A DNA stretch of 64,000 bases from a virus. Lineage: Duplodnaviria > Caudoviricetes. This document shows, piece by piece, positions 48,801 to 60,330 of this stretch. The notes below the pieces were generated by a model. The model was not told the DNA's origin, did not search any database, and saw only the letters and a list, made by a program, of their open reading frames with translations. The stretch lies in the IMG/VR virus record IMGVR_UViG_3300031994_000039, positions 48,507-112,506 of that record; one strand, 5' to 3'. How positions within the stretch are numbered: the first letter of the stretch is position 1; the number at the start of each line of letters is the position of its first letter. The translations under genes and the position numbers were made by a program.

Positions 48801-51800
48801 CTTCAGAACGTTGGTGATATCGAAACACAAGAAGCGCAAGATGCAATTACTTCAATATTGAAAGCATATGATGAAGTTGATGCTGACCATATTGAAGAAG
48901 TAATGAACAAATTGATTACGACAGGTAACAATTTCCCAATCTCAGTTTCACAAATCGCTGAGGGCATGACCAACGCCTCATCAGCTTTAGCAGCTGCGGG
49001 AAATACTTTTGATCAATCAGTTGCATTACTTACAGCGGCAAATACCACACTACAAGACGCCGCTAAATCATCAACAGCGTTAAGAACAATTACAGCAAGA
49101 CTTAGAAGGACCGACAGTGAGCTTGATGAACTTGGAGAGTCTATGGAATCGTCCAAGTATGACAAACTCATCAAGAGTCTTACTGATTTGGACATTGCGT
49201 TAGTAGACGTAAACAACGAATATCGTAGCACCTACGATATAATGGCGGATATCGCCGGTAAGTGGGATTCAATGACCACGATGGAACAGGCTGCTTTAGC
49301 AGAGACAATTGCTGGCAAAATAGTGCCAGGGTATACAGTAATGTGTACATAAGAACATATTTAATTGCAGGTAATTCCTAAAGCCTTACACCACAATAAC
49401 GGGGAAACCACGTTATGACGGGACGAAAGTAGAAATAACGTAAGGATGTAATATGCGAGAAATCGCTAAGTTACTTTATAATGGATGCTCATGCAGCGAA
49501 ACCTCTAAGTCGAAAGATATGAGGAACGTTCAACGACTATCCCTTGGGTGAGAAGCACCAATAGGAGTACGGCGCAAACAAAGGCGTGGGTGAAAATCCC
49601 TTAAACGGAAAAGGTATGCCCCTACCAGGTAATGCTGAGGGTGAAGAAATAGTCTGTTCTCATGCGAAAGTATGAGGGATTGTAAATTTAATAATGAATG
49701 ATTATTACAACGTATCATCCATTAGGATGATGCGCTTTCTTTATGCTCTGGGGTTTGATAAAGAAAGTTATTATGACAAAAATAATGTAGAACGGTGGCG
49801 TTTTAAAAAGACTGATGATTTATTATTATCGGTTAAATTTTATAAAGAGATGCGCCAGAGAAACGATTATAAATAAAAAAGAAGGAGTAGCACATATGGC
49901 AAGACCAGATACTTATACAGATGAAGAAAAACAATTTTTAATTGAGAATTATCCAACGCAATCATGGGATTTTTTATTAACAGAGTTTAATAAGATAAGC
50001 CCGGTCAAACGTAATAAACAAGCTCTCATTTGTAAGGCATCATCTCTTGGCATAAAAAGAGATGGCGTTAGTAATAGCAATTACACAGAGGAAGAGGATA
50101 ACCTTATAAGAGGAGTATATAATATATCTCTCGAACATACTCTGGAAAATAATTTAAAAATACTGATAGCAGAAAAAATGCCGCATAGGACTTTACGCAG
50201 TGTATATGCCCGCGCGTGTAAACTTGGGATAAAGTTACGAAAACACTGGACTCAAGAAGAGGTAGAATTTATTGAATCAAATTACTACGACCTTTCGACA
50301 AAACAAATGGCAGAAGTTTTATGCAGAACTGAATATGCTGTTTATCATATAGTTCAAAAGCTCGGACTGCAAGGTGCTCCAATGTCAGTTTATACAGAAG
50401 ATGATAAAAGGTTTGTTAGAGATAACTATTTAAAAATGAGCGATGAAGAGATTGGAAAGGTATTACATAGGCAGAAGAACTCGATCAAGGAGTTAAGACG
50501 TAAGCTTGGTTTGAGAAAGCCAACACCTGAAAATGTCATGTATGATTTAAATAGATACACTCATCGTCACAACAATAAATGGAAGATGGACTCTGCTAAA
50601 GCAGTAATTATAAGTGTGTAATTACTGGAAAGCCTTTTGATGATATACATCATCTGTATGCAAGGAATTTGATAATTGATAAAATGCTTACATCTCATCC
50701 GGAGTATGTAGGTGTGAATTTTAACCTATTGTCCACTGTTGAAAAGGCAGAAATTTTTGATTGCTTTTTGACTGAGCAAAATAAGCATCCCTTAGGGGTG
50801 TGTTTAACGGAGGAATATCATATGATGTTTCATAAGATGTATGGGTATGGTGGTAATACCCCGGAACAGTTTTATGATTTTGTCAAGAAAGTTGCCCCAG
50901 AACGACTTGACTATATAATGAATTTATAAAAATTATCGTTACAATCCAGTAGGTCCTGTGAACCTACTAAACGTTAAAAACTAGGCAGCAAGCTGCTTTC
51001 TATTCAATCATATCCAACTTCCAGGAAGCATCCGGCGCAATGGATGCGATGGCGAACTCAGCCGGAACTCTCGAAGAAGCCTACGGTACATATCTCGACA
51101 GCACAACAGCTCACATCAACCAGTTTAAAGCAGCATTTGAAGAGCTCGGTGCGAATACATTTAAGAGCGAGTTCTTATCGAACATGGTTGATCTAGGAAC
51201 TGCGTTTACAGGATTCGTCAATGCTTTGGTAAAGGCGAAGGCTCTTATACCTACATTAGGTATAGGTGCAATATTACTTCCGCAGCTTGCTAAAACAACT
51301 AACGCAGCAATAGCTAGCCGGCAGCAAGTTGCGAAGTTGTCAGCAGAATTAATTAAGAACAAAGCAGTTAATGATCAGCTTTCTACTTCAATTGCTGCAT
51401 TAACCATGCAGCAGTTACAGAAGGTTGAAGCTGACGTTCTGGAAGCTTATAACTTAGGTAAATTAAGCATCACAGAATATCAGCAATTAAATACGACTAT
51501 CCAACAGACAATGGCTAACGCTGAACTTGCGGCAAGCAACAATATCGTAGCTACAAGTTACAACGCAATCAAGGCCGCCATTCCTGGATGGGGTTGGGTT
51601 CTCATATCAGTTACTTTAGTTACAGCAGCTATGGGAAAACTCGCTCAGGCGGCCCAGGCATCACATCAGGCGTTTGTTGAAAGTTCAAGCACTATCACCG
51701 AGGAGGTTAATGCTCTTAAGAATTATAAGAAGTCTATTGAAGAAATTTCAGCTTCAACTGAAACTGAAACTGAAAAACTTCAGAAACTTAACGAAATTCG

Positions 51801-54495
51801 TGAAACCTTAAATAATACTTATGATTCGAATATTGAAAAGCATAATAATGAAAAAGATACTATTGCAGCTCTTAACAAGGAACTCGACGGAGAGATAGCA
51901 CGCCGTAGAGAGCTTTATTTATTAGAAACTGAAGATGAATATAACAAAGCGGTAGCAAGAAGCCGTGATTTTAAATCTGAGAAGTATAACTTCTCAGCAG
52001 GTGGGTATCTTGATTATAAAAATCCATTCGGAAGCATTAATAATGCTATAGAAAAGTTTGGCGCTGAAAGAGGAAAGCCTAAAGGAATATCTGACGCGTT
52101 CCTTAGTTTATTCCCGACTGATGATAGGGGTAGACTTACCATTGGTCAGAACGCTAAGAACGAAATCGAGCTTCTTAAAGAATACGAAGAAATTCTGTTG
52201 AAAATTTCTAAGATTCGTAGTGACAGAGCAAAGGTTGGTCGGGATTTGACTGACCAGGAAATGACTTTATACAACCGAATCAAAGATTATTATGAAGAAC
52301 TTAAGAGCGATACAGGCGAAGACGGATGGGGTTATGACTCTATCATGGAATACGCTCAGCAAAAAGCAGAAGATATTATTGCTGCAACCGAACAAGGGTC
52401 TATGTCTATCGAAGAATGGCGCGAGGAGCTTATTCGTTTAGCCGACGGCGACGAGTATGTAATCGAAAAGCTCAAAGAACTTATAGACGGAATGACCGGG
52501 GCTAACGATGCGGTTGAAGAAACTGTTGATGTTTTAGCTGAAGCTTATAAAGAGATGGAGCGTATTCAGAGTATGCTTGATTCTCTTGACGAGTCCATGC
52601 AGACAGCGAAGGATATTTTTGAGGATCTCGCAAAGACTATCAAATCAAATAATGATGCTGATAAGTTCTTTACATCTACAGAGATCATCGACCTTCTGGA
52701 TAAATATCCGGAACTCTCAAACGCAATTCTTGAAACCTCATACGGCTATAAGATAGAAACAGAAGCTCTTGAACAGTTACGTCAGGCAAAACTCGCTGAA
52801 CAGAAAGATGCGCTTGCCGCTCAGATTGCTGAAACAGAAAGTGCAATTGAATCAGTTCAGAAACGAATTGACGCATATACTGCCGAGGTAAAAGGAGTTA
52901 AGTCGCTTGCTGAAGCAAAGGTAGAACTTGCAAAGATCGATGCAGCGGTTGCAAAGCTTAACAGTATTAATAGCGCAACACCGTTCGCTACCGGTCTGGA
53001 AAACACACAGAAGTCTCTGGAAGCAAGAAGGAAGGCTCTCGCAGGCTGGGTCGGTACTGCGGAAGAACTTGATAAGCTCAATGAATCGTTAAAGAAATCT
53101 AAGATGCAGTATACTGTTCTTGGTAAAGTATTTGATGATGTCGAAGATAAAAGCAAGGATGTCAGCAAGGCTTTAAGTGACCAGAAAAATAAGCTGAAAG
53201 ATTTAGCTGATGAGTATAAAGATGCTCAGAAAGCTATAGAAGATTTAATCAAGCTGACAATGGATATGATTAAGAAACAAAAGAATCTCGAAAAAGAGGC
53301 CCTTAAAGAACAGCTTGACAATTTCAAAAAGCTTATAGAAAAACGCAAGGAATTAATCGATTTAGAAAAAGATCAATACGAATTTGAGAAGAATCTCAAA
53401 GAGCAAAACCGTGACCTCCTTGCAATACAGCAGGAACTTGATGCATTATCAGTAGAGGGAGCCGATTACTCTCTCGAAGACATGAAACGCAAAGCTGAAC
53501 TTCAGCAGAAGTTTAACGAGCAGTCCGAAAAGAGAACAGACTTCTTATACGACCATGAAGTTGATTTACGCAAGGATGCCCTCGACCGTGAGGAGAAGGC
53601 GTTCGAAGAAAATATCAACACGCAGACCAAGGCGATTGAAGATTACCTTGCTCACGAGGGCTGGATCAGAGCCGAGGCTATTGATTTAATCAACAGCAAA
53701 AGCCAGGAATTTTACGATAACCTGCTGAACTATACTCAGAACTATACTGATATGGCACAGTGGGAATTCCAAAATCTCTGGAACTCAGCATACGAAGCTC
53801 TTATGAAATACGGCAACGGCGCGATAGATGTGGATTACACATTGGCATATCTCGCCGGACGCATCGCTCAGATGGATGCCGAAATGGAAGCTCTGGAGAA
53901 TCAGATTAACAATACCAAGAATGCAGCACAGTCATTTACCGACGGCTTCACCGACGGTATGGAAGGCGTTGTCAAAGTAACTGAAGAAGCCATCAAAAAG
54001 ATGGGAGAGCTTCAGAATGTTAATCTGGAAAACACTTCATGGTCTGCACAAGCTAAAGACCCACGTTACTACGATACAGGTTATACCAACTCGTACATGG
54101 GCAATAGCAGTAGTAGTAGCAGCAGCCATGCTTACTGGCCGATGTCAGACAAGCTTAAATCACTTGTTAATACGAAGTACCACGACGGTGGACTCGTAAA
54201 GAATAACGGTAAGCTTGACGGATCAGAAATCCTTGCTAAGCTTATGACTGGAGAAGTTGTAGTAACTCCTGATCAGGCAAACAAGTTTATCGGCGATACA
54301 CTTCCGAAGATGATAACATCAAACTCAATCAACAATAATAATGCACCGGTAGTTTCTATCGGTGATATTAATATTGCTGGCGACGCAACCGAGACTACTG
54401 TGACAAAGATCAAGCAGGCTCAGAAAGAAATAGTAGATAACGTCTTTAAGGTTATTAATAATCAGAGACGTTTATATACCGGAATAAATATTTAA
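42885..54495 (+). CDS. tape measure protein, intron-split (~3315 aa)
   Basis: Helical repeats and TP901-type core (ATTFARLGY, GNNFPIS); exons 42885-49316 and 50980-54495 join as ETIAG|TRQQAAF. Confidence 0.88.
49694..49876 (+). CDS. small intron-borne hypothetical protein (60 aa)
   Basis: ORF starts right after the intron core (S element). Confidence 0.5.
   Translation: MNDYYNVSSIRMMRFLYALGFDKESYYDKNNVERWRFKKTDDLLLSVKFYKEMRQRNDYK
49896..50929 (+). pseudogene. Myb/SANT-repeat + HNH homing endonuclease, frameshifted near 50602
   Basis: Four (Y/W)TxE(E/D) repeats; -1 frame continues SNYKCVITG..DIHHL...GVCLTEEYHMMFH. Confidence 0.75.
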
Positions 54496-54503
54496 TAATT
54501 TTC

Positions 54504-54532
54504 GGGGAGAGTTCCACACTCTCCCCTATTTT
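54504..54532 (+). terminator. Rho-independent terminator
   Basis: GGGGAGAGT-TCCAC-ACTCTCCCC-TATTTT. Confidence 0.65.
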
Positions 54533-54543
54533 AATAAAAGGCG

Positions 54544-55353
54544 GTGATTACAATGTTCAACGGATATGATTTTATATATAACGGCAAATCAAGTATATCC
54601 GAAAATGTAAAGATACTGTCCACTGAAAACAACACATTTGAATTTGTTAAGAGCGTACCAGATAAAGAGTTCAATATGTTTAAAACAAATCAATCAGGTA
54701 AGTGGCGTATAGCCGGAGTAACAACTCCCGAACCACTTAGCTTTCCTATGCAGATTATGATTTATAGCGATGATAATGATCTATACGCAGACGGTGGCCC
54801 TGTTCTGGAAAGAAACAGAATATCGAATATAGCACACTGGCTTTTTGATACTACTGACTTTAAAAAGTTTCAGATACTGTCTGACGACCTAAGGGATTTA
54901 TACTTCATGGCGGTTTTCAAAGATATCGAATACTTTGAGGCCGGGGGTGACGTATGCGGATTCAAGGTAACTGTAGTATGCGATACTGTAGGTGCCTACG
55001 AAGAAAAGACAATAAAGAAAACATCAAGCGGTTCGCTCACATTTAATCTTCAGATACTTCAGGACGGAATATATGAAGTGCAGCCGAAGTACATAATTGA
55101 TCTCGGTGGAACTGGAGCGACCATTAACGTTAATGGTGAAAGTATTGTCCTTCAGTCTTTGACAGCCGGAAGTAGAATTACAATTGATTCTAGCACACTT
55201 ATCGCTACTTCAAGCGAGGGCGATAACCTGTATGTCGAGAACCGGTTTAATAAAACTTTCCCTAATTTTGTATGGGGTAGAAATACAATTTCTATTACTG
55301 GACAATGTACATTAACGATTAACTATAAGATGGTGAGAGAGGTGGGCTGCTAA
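54544..55353 (+). CDS. distal tail protein (Dit)
   Basis: FIYNGKSS N-terminus, GRNTI C-terminus, follows TMP. Confidence 0.8.
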   Translation: MITMFNGYDFIYNGKSSISENVKILSTENNTFEFVKSVPDKEFNMFKTNQSGKWRIAGVTTPEPLSFPMQIMIYSDDNDLYADGGPVLERNRISNIAHWLFDTTDFKKFQILSDDLRDLYFMAVFKDIEYFEAGGDVCGFKVTVVCDTVGAYEEKTIKKTSSGSLTFNLQILQDGIYEVQPKYIIDLGGTGATINVNGESIVLQSLTAGSRITIDSSTLIATSSEGDNLYVENRFNKTFPNFVWGRNTISITGQCTLTINYKMVREVGC

Positions 55354-58352
55354 TGGAATTTAAATTCAATTCTCTGGATTTAGCAAAACCTCCGAAGATA
55401 GCGATATGCAGACTCGACCTTCAAATGATCGGATATCTGAACGCATATAACATTGTAATCAAACCGGCGTTTTGTAATGTATCAGAACTGACTTTTAAAT
55501 GTAATAAGGATAGTAATCATTTTAATTGTTTACGAAAGGACATGGTTCTGGAAGGCGATGGTTTCGGAAGATTTATTATTACTGATGTTTCAGAAAACAA
55601 TGACGGACAGACAAAGTACGCAGAAGTAGAAGCTCAAAGTTATGAGGTTACCATGAACCGTGTAACAATTTCATATACAGAGAATACTGTGTTTAAACTC
55701 TGGGATGCGATTGATCCGGCTCACGGCTCTATAGTAAGACAACCTGATGGAACAATGGCACAGTACCCTACCCTGCTTTATATAATACAACAGCAAACAG
55801 GCTGGACGATTAAACATGTCGATGCTACTCTTTTAAACTCATATAGAACGATGGATATTGACAAAGAACAGGTTTATGGATTTCTGATGGATACAGTGGC
55901 AGAAACATTTAAGTGTTATTTTGAATTTGATACAACAAACAAATGGATCTACTGCTATGACGCGGATGAAGAAGTTTATGACCCGGTTAATACCGGCATT
56001 AACCTTTCATTCAGGAACGTCATCCGGGAAAGAAAAATATCTTCAAGCTCTGAAGAAATCATTACCGCTCTTACTGTTAAAGGCGCTGAAGGTGTCGGTA
56101 TCAGTATGGTTAATCCTATTGGTAATGATGTACTTTATGATTTTTCATACTACATGAATAATGAAGAATGGGGTATGCCTCAAGATTTACAGGATGCGAT
56201 TGTTGAGTGGCAGGAAAAGATAGAATCACAGAAGGCTGATTACGAAGAAGCGGTTTCTAATTATAGAGAGGCGTGTATAGAATCAACAACATGTGATGGA
56301 GAACTTAGAGTTCTTAAGTCTGAGCTTCAAGCTTTACTCGATGTACAATCAGTCGATATTGCCGCTAATAATGAACAGGGATTGCAAGATATATACCCAC
56401 AGATTGTAGCTAAAGAGAGTGCGGTTAAGGGTATGCAGATCAATTATGATTTTGCAGAAGAAGAAAAAGTAGCATACAAACATCATATTGAAACTATAGT
56501 GCAGTCCTTGTCATTTGAGAACAACTTCACAACAACTCAATTGGAGCAACTTCAGTATTATATCAATGGGTCCGTTTATGAAAATGCAAACTTTATCTTT
56601 ACACAGGATATGCCTGAAGAAGATAAGCTTAAAACCGCACAAAGTCTGTATGAATTTGGTCTCAAACAATTCAAAAAGCTCTCATCTCCGCAATACGAAT
56701 ATACTTGTACTATTGAGCCATTCATGTTCAATAAAGAATATAAGAAATTCGCAGACAATATCAAACTTGGCGGCATAGCAAATCTTGAACTGGAAAGTGG
56801 GTTGTGGGTTGAACCCAAAATACTTCAGGTGGTAATTGATTACGACGAACCTCAGAATACGACGATGGTACTATCTGATAGTTTTGTTCTGGCAGATAAT
56901 ATTTACAGATTTTCAAGTGGATTTAATCAGGCTATCAAAGCTTCAAGAAAAACATCTACAGCAGCTCCTTTGTGGGATGAACCAAACAAGAACGGCTTTT
57001 ATGGAACAGTAACTGAATATATAAATAATGCCTTGAATCTTGCAAATCAGGAAATCATTAATGCAAATAATCAAGAGTTCAAACTTGGGTCATACGGCCT
57101 TCGCGGTAAAAAGTGGGATGAAGAAGAAGATGATTATGATCCGCATCAGGTCGCAATGACAAATAATGTACTCGCCTTTACGGATGATAACTGGCAACAT
57201 TGTAAGATGGCTATTGGTAGGGTGACTATCGGTCAGGATGAATATTACGGCGTAGTAGGTGAAGCTATTGTCGGTGAACTTATCGCTGGTAGTCAGCTCG
57301 TTATTCGTGATGCTAACTCAACATTCAGAATTGATTCAGCCGGTGCGAGTCTTGAGAACGCGCCGTTTACTGTATATAACAACAGTTCAAGAATCTCAAT
57401 TAATCCTACTGACGGATTTAAAATTCAGAAAAAGAACGCAACTAATCCAAGCATCTGGGACGATGTGCTATCAGAAGATAATAGCGGTAATATTATTGCG
57501 CGATCAATCAAGGTCGAATCCGGCGATATAGGCGGATGGGAAATCAGAAGTGACGGCCTCTACTCTCCTACTGGAGATTATATTAAATCTGATGGCACCG
57601 GAAAGCTTTCATTGCTGAGATATAATAACTCAGCTGCATATTTCGACGGTAATATCTACGCAAATAATCTTCAGTGGAATTATGGCGGAGGTAGTTACGG
57701 CAATGTCTTTACTGTAACTGGAGGTATTCCGGGTATGGCTGGATCATGGCTTACGGCAGGCAGTGTTGGTACCGACAGACGTAACGCAGCTCAGTGGGAT
57801 GAGCTGTATGCTAATAAGATTTACTGTGAAGAACTATTCGCTGTTATGATCACTGCAGATAATCTTCAAGCCGGCAAAATCCAAACCACAGACCTTCTTT
57901 TTGGCGGCAAATTCTACGTAGGCTCTGCTACAAATCCTTACAACCGTGCAACAATGTACGGCAAACAGGAAGATATTTCAGCGCAGATTCAGAATCAGTA
58001 TTCAATCTTTCTTGAAACTGCGGGTAACATCCATTTAAACACTGATGCTGGTGGGGTTCTGTGTAGCGGTAAATTATCTGCGGCAAGTATAACAACTACA
58101 GATCAAAACGGCACATCTACTTTTAACCATACGCTTATAGCTGAATGGCTGCGAGTAAATCAGAAAATAAACAGGGTTGTTGTGTCGGACTACTTTGCTA
58201 CAGATGAGCGTATTGATGCAACTATTGGCGGTAGACTTTGGATCACAGGCGGAACTGCTGTAAAGCAAGGCAATAATTATTGGCACGGACAAACAACTGA
58301 CATAACAATTGATGGTGTAACATTACACTTCAAGGACGGATTATTAATATAA
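55353..58352 (+). CDS. Tal / tail spike (baseplate hub-central fibre) protein
   Basis: Follows Dit; coiled coil, FTDDNW..AIG, IGGWEI, C-terminal LHFKDGLLI. Confidence 0.8.
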   Translation: MEFKFNSLDLAKPPKIAICRLDLQMIGYLNAYNIVIKPAFCNVSELTFKCNKDSNHFNCLRKDMVLEGDGFGRFIITDVSENNDGQTKYAEVEAQSYEVTMNRVTISYTENTVFKLWDAIDPAHGSIVRQPDGTMAQYPTLLYIIQQQTGWTIKHVDATLLNSYRTMDIDKEQVYGFLMDTVAETFKCYFEFDTTNKWIYCYDADEEVYDPVNTGINLSFRNVIRERKISSSSEEIITALTVKGAEGVGISMVNPIGNDVLYDFSYYMNNEEWGMPQDLQDAIVEWQEKIESQKADYEEAVSNYREACIESTTCDGELRVLKSELQALLDVQSVDIAANNEQGLQDIYPQIVAKESAVKGMQINYDFAEEEKVAYKHHIETIVQSLSFENNFTTTQLEQLQYYINGSVYENANFIFTQDMPEEDKLKTAQSLYEFGLKQFKKLSSPQYEYTCTIEPFMFNKEYKKFADNIKLGGIANLELESGLWVEPKILQVVIDYDEPQNTTMVLSDSFVLADNIYRFSSGFNQAIKASRKTSTAAPLWDEPNKNGFYGTVTEYINNALNLANQEIINANNQEFKLGSYGLRGKKWDEEEDDYDPHQVAMTNNVLAFTDDNWQHCKMAIGRVTIGQDEYYGVVGEAIVGELIAGSQLVIRDANSTFRIDSAGASLENAPFTVYNNSSRISINPTDGFKIQKKNATNPSIWDDVLSEDNSGNIIARSIKVESGDIGGWEIRSDGLYSPTGDYIKSDGTGKLSLLRYNNSAAYFDGNIYANNLQWNYGGGSYGNVFTVTGGIPGMAGSWLTAGSVGTDRRNAAQWDELYANKIYCEELFAVMITADNLQAGKIQTTDLLFGGKFYVGSATNPYNRATMYGKQEDISAQIQNQYSIFLETAGNIHLNTDAGGVLCSGKLSAASITTTDQNGTSTFNHTLIAEWLRVNQKINRVVVSDYFATDERIDATIGGRLWITGGTAVKQGNNYWHGQTTDITIDGVTLHFKDGLLI

Positions 58353-58371
58353 ATGAAAGGACGATTTCATA

Positions 58372-58545
58372 ATGACATATAAAGATATGGTTCAGACTTT
58401 GGATAACGTAGGAGTAGCTTTAATGGATATGGAGATAAAAGGCAAACAGTGCTTTAAACTTGCCGAAGTTCTCAAAGCTCTCAATGCTGTCCGGAACGAG
58501 ATTGAATCAAAAGATAAAGAAGAAAGTGAGGTTGATGACTCATGA
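58372..58545 (+). CDS. small hypothetical protein (57 aa)
   Basis: AAAGGA RBS; coupled to the next gene. Confidence 0.6.
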   Translation: MTYKDMVQTLDNVGVALMDMEIKGKQCFKLAEVLKALNAVRNEIESKDKEESEVDDS

Positions 58546-58892
58546 CCTTATTTCAGTTAGAACCAATTACTATCCCGGCTGGCGATACAGTAGCGATGGA
58601 ATACGAATTTGTCCTTAAAGATGGCAGCGTCCCGGACTATTCAACATATACCGCCTACTATGTTCTCAGTCAGTACGGGTTTGAGGATTCTAATATTCTA
58701 TCAGAGAGCATGATTCTGAAACAGGACACAACGAACGTATTTAGCGTAACACTTGATTCTGAAACCACGGCAGATTTAGAACCGGGCACATACACAGCAA
58801 AGATTGTTCTTAGTGACGGAACTAACTACTTCAAGAAGGCAAGAGGAGTGTTCAATGTTGTGAAGGATACAGATGGGGTAGGTGTTGGGTAA
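58542..58892 (+). CDS. BppU-like baseplate upper protein N-domain
   Basis: IPAGDT...VTLDSETTADL.PGTY pattern. Confidence 0.6.
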   Translation: MTLFQLEPITIPAGDTVAMEYEFVLKDGSVPDYSTYTAYYVLSQYGFEDSNILSESMILKQDTTNVFSVTLDSETTADLEPGTYTAKIVLSDGTNYFKKARGVFNVVKDTDGVGVG

Positions 58893-59875
58893 TGGCAGTA
58901 ACAGGAACAGGCACACAGGCAGATCCGTTTATAGTGCATAACTATACTGAATTTATGTCGCTTTCAAATCATGTCGCAGTTGAAGATTCAAGTGTGTATA
59001 TACAGTTCTTTGACGATGAACACCCTAATCAAACTATCGACTGTAATACATACGGCTCGGAATTTAAGTGGGGACAATTTGTTGGCAAGGCAGATGTTAC
59101 AACATATATCAATCTTAATGGTTGTACAATCAAAAACTTTTTAATAGATAGTGATTGTACCATGTTTTATGCGGTGGGTTTCAATGATACAATGCCAAGG
59201 TGGCACGCTGCAAAAATTGAAGTATCAAATGGATCAATAAGAAATGTATTTATGGCATCTGCAAGTAGCAAGTTAATCTATGGCGAGGTTACTTTGCGTG
59301 ATGTGTCAGTTAGTATGAATGTAGCAGGGACTACGGAAATACCTATATCGGGAATTGCTACAGGTAAACCTTGCTATATAGATAATTGTGCATTATATCT
59401 TGTGGCTTCTACACTATATACGAAGTTAATACGATACACGTCTATGTCTGATACAGATGTAGAATTGCACGTGGCTAATATGAATCAACAGCTTATTATA
59501 TCGGGTTGTAAAATAGTAGATTGTCGTTTCCAAGGTAAAATAGCCGGACAAGTCTACGATGTCGGAGGACATGTTTTTGTTATTCTTGCATATAATTATG
59601 GAGATGGATTTAGCGGTGACCAATGTGAAGTGACAAACAGTGTTTTTGATATGGATGCTTCCGGTGTTGTGGCTTATTGGGGTGGGTCTGAAATTGCATT
59701 TTATACGGTGCGTAATTCAGCAACATATAATACTAATGTATTTTGTAATTCGCATGGATTACCGGACAGCTATCATTTCCCATCTGTTTGGAACTACATG
59801 GATCATGAACACATCAGAAACGGAACATACTTAAACGATCAAGGCTTTACGGTAGTTGAAGTCGTAGGGAGTTGA
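58892..59875 (+). CDS. putative beta-helical adhesin/receptor-binding protein, paralog 1
   Basis: GTGTQADPFIV N-motif; paralog of 60331-61227. Confidence 0.65.
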   Translation: MAVTGTGTQADPFIVHNYTEFMSLSNHVAVEDSSVYIQFFDDEHPNQTIDCNTYGSEFKWGQFVGKADVTTYINLNGCTIKNFLIDSDCTMFYAVGFNDTMPRWHAAKIEVSNGSIRNVFMASASSKLIYGEVTLRDVSVSMNVAGTTEIPISGIATGKPCYIDNCALYLVASTLYTKLIRYTSMSDTDVELHVANMNQQLIISGCKIVDCRFQGKIAGQVYDVGGHVFVILAYNYGDGFSGDQCEVTNSVFDMDASGVVAYWGGSEIAFYTVRNSATYNTNVFCNSHGLPDSYHFPSVWNYMDHEHIRNGTYLNDQGFTVVEVVGS

Positions 59876-59880
59876 TCATA

Positions 59881-60312
59881 ATGGCTGATTGGAAAATTAT
59901 CAACGGCAACTTACCATTTAAAGATGACTTCCCTACTCGTCCTACTTCTTTTGATGACTACCCGGACTGGATATGGCACAAGGTAGTAAATGAACTTCCT
60001 TACAAGGTGATGTTCCCTACTCGGTATGCGATTGACGATGCACCGGAAGCAATGTGGAAAATCTCAGATGACTTACCTTATAAGACTTCATTTGCTACTC
60101 GGTATCCTATTGATGAAGCACCAATGGCATTATGGGTTAAAGAACCGGACGGACTGCCTTACAAGATTGTGTTCCCTAAAATGCCAAAAGCTCCGGTCAT
60201 GGAGAAACTTTATGAAGGCGAACGTGAAATTGTGCTATTATCAGACTACCATCAAACAGTTATTTTGTCCGGGTATAATCAGAAGATTGTTATTGATGAT
60301 ATAGAACTATAG
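59881..60312 (+). CDS. Trp/Pro repeat protein, paralog 1
   Basis: Four W...LP(Y/F)K..F repeats of ~27 aa; paralog of 61230-61601. Confidence 0.7.
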   Translation: MADWKIINGNLPFKDDFPTRPTSFDDYPDWIWHKVVNELPYKVMFPTRYAIDDAPEAMWKISDDLPYKTSFATRYPIDEAPMALWVKEPDGLPYKIVFPKMPKAPVMEKLYEGEREIVLLSDYHQTVILSGYNQKIVIDDIEL

Positions 60313-60330
60313 GAAGGAGTGTGATGAGGA

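Larger units (their letters stand above)
49317..50979 (+). mobile_element. group I intron in tape measure gene (1663 nt) with two ORFs; apparent C-G 5' splice pair and omega-A
   Basis: AATTGCAGGTAA, CATGCAG, GTTCAACGACTA, GAAATAGTCT; P1 CUGGC/GCCAG; P10 UAGU/ACUA. Confidence 0.85.

Noticed and set aside
23538-51040. Separate genes or pseudogenes at 23538, 29015, 29672, 38120 and 51040
   Set aside because: They are downstream exons, restored in frame by removing group I introns
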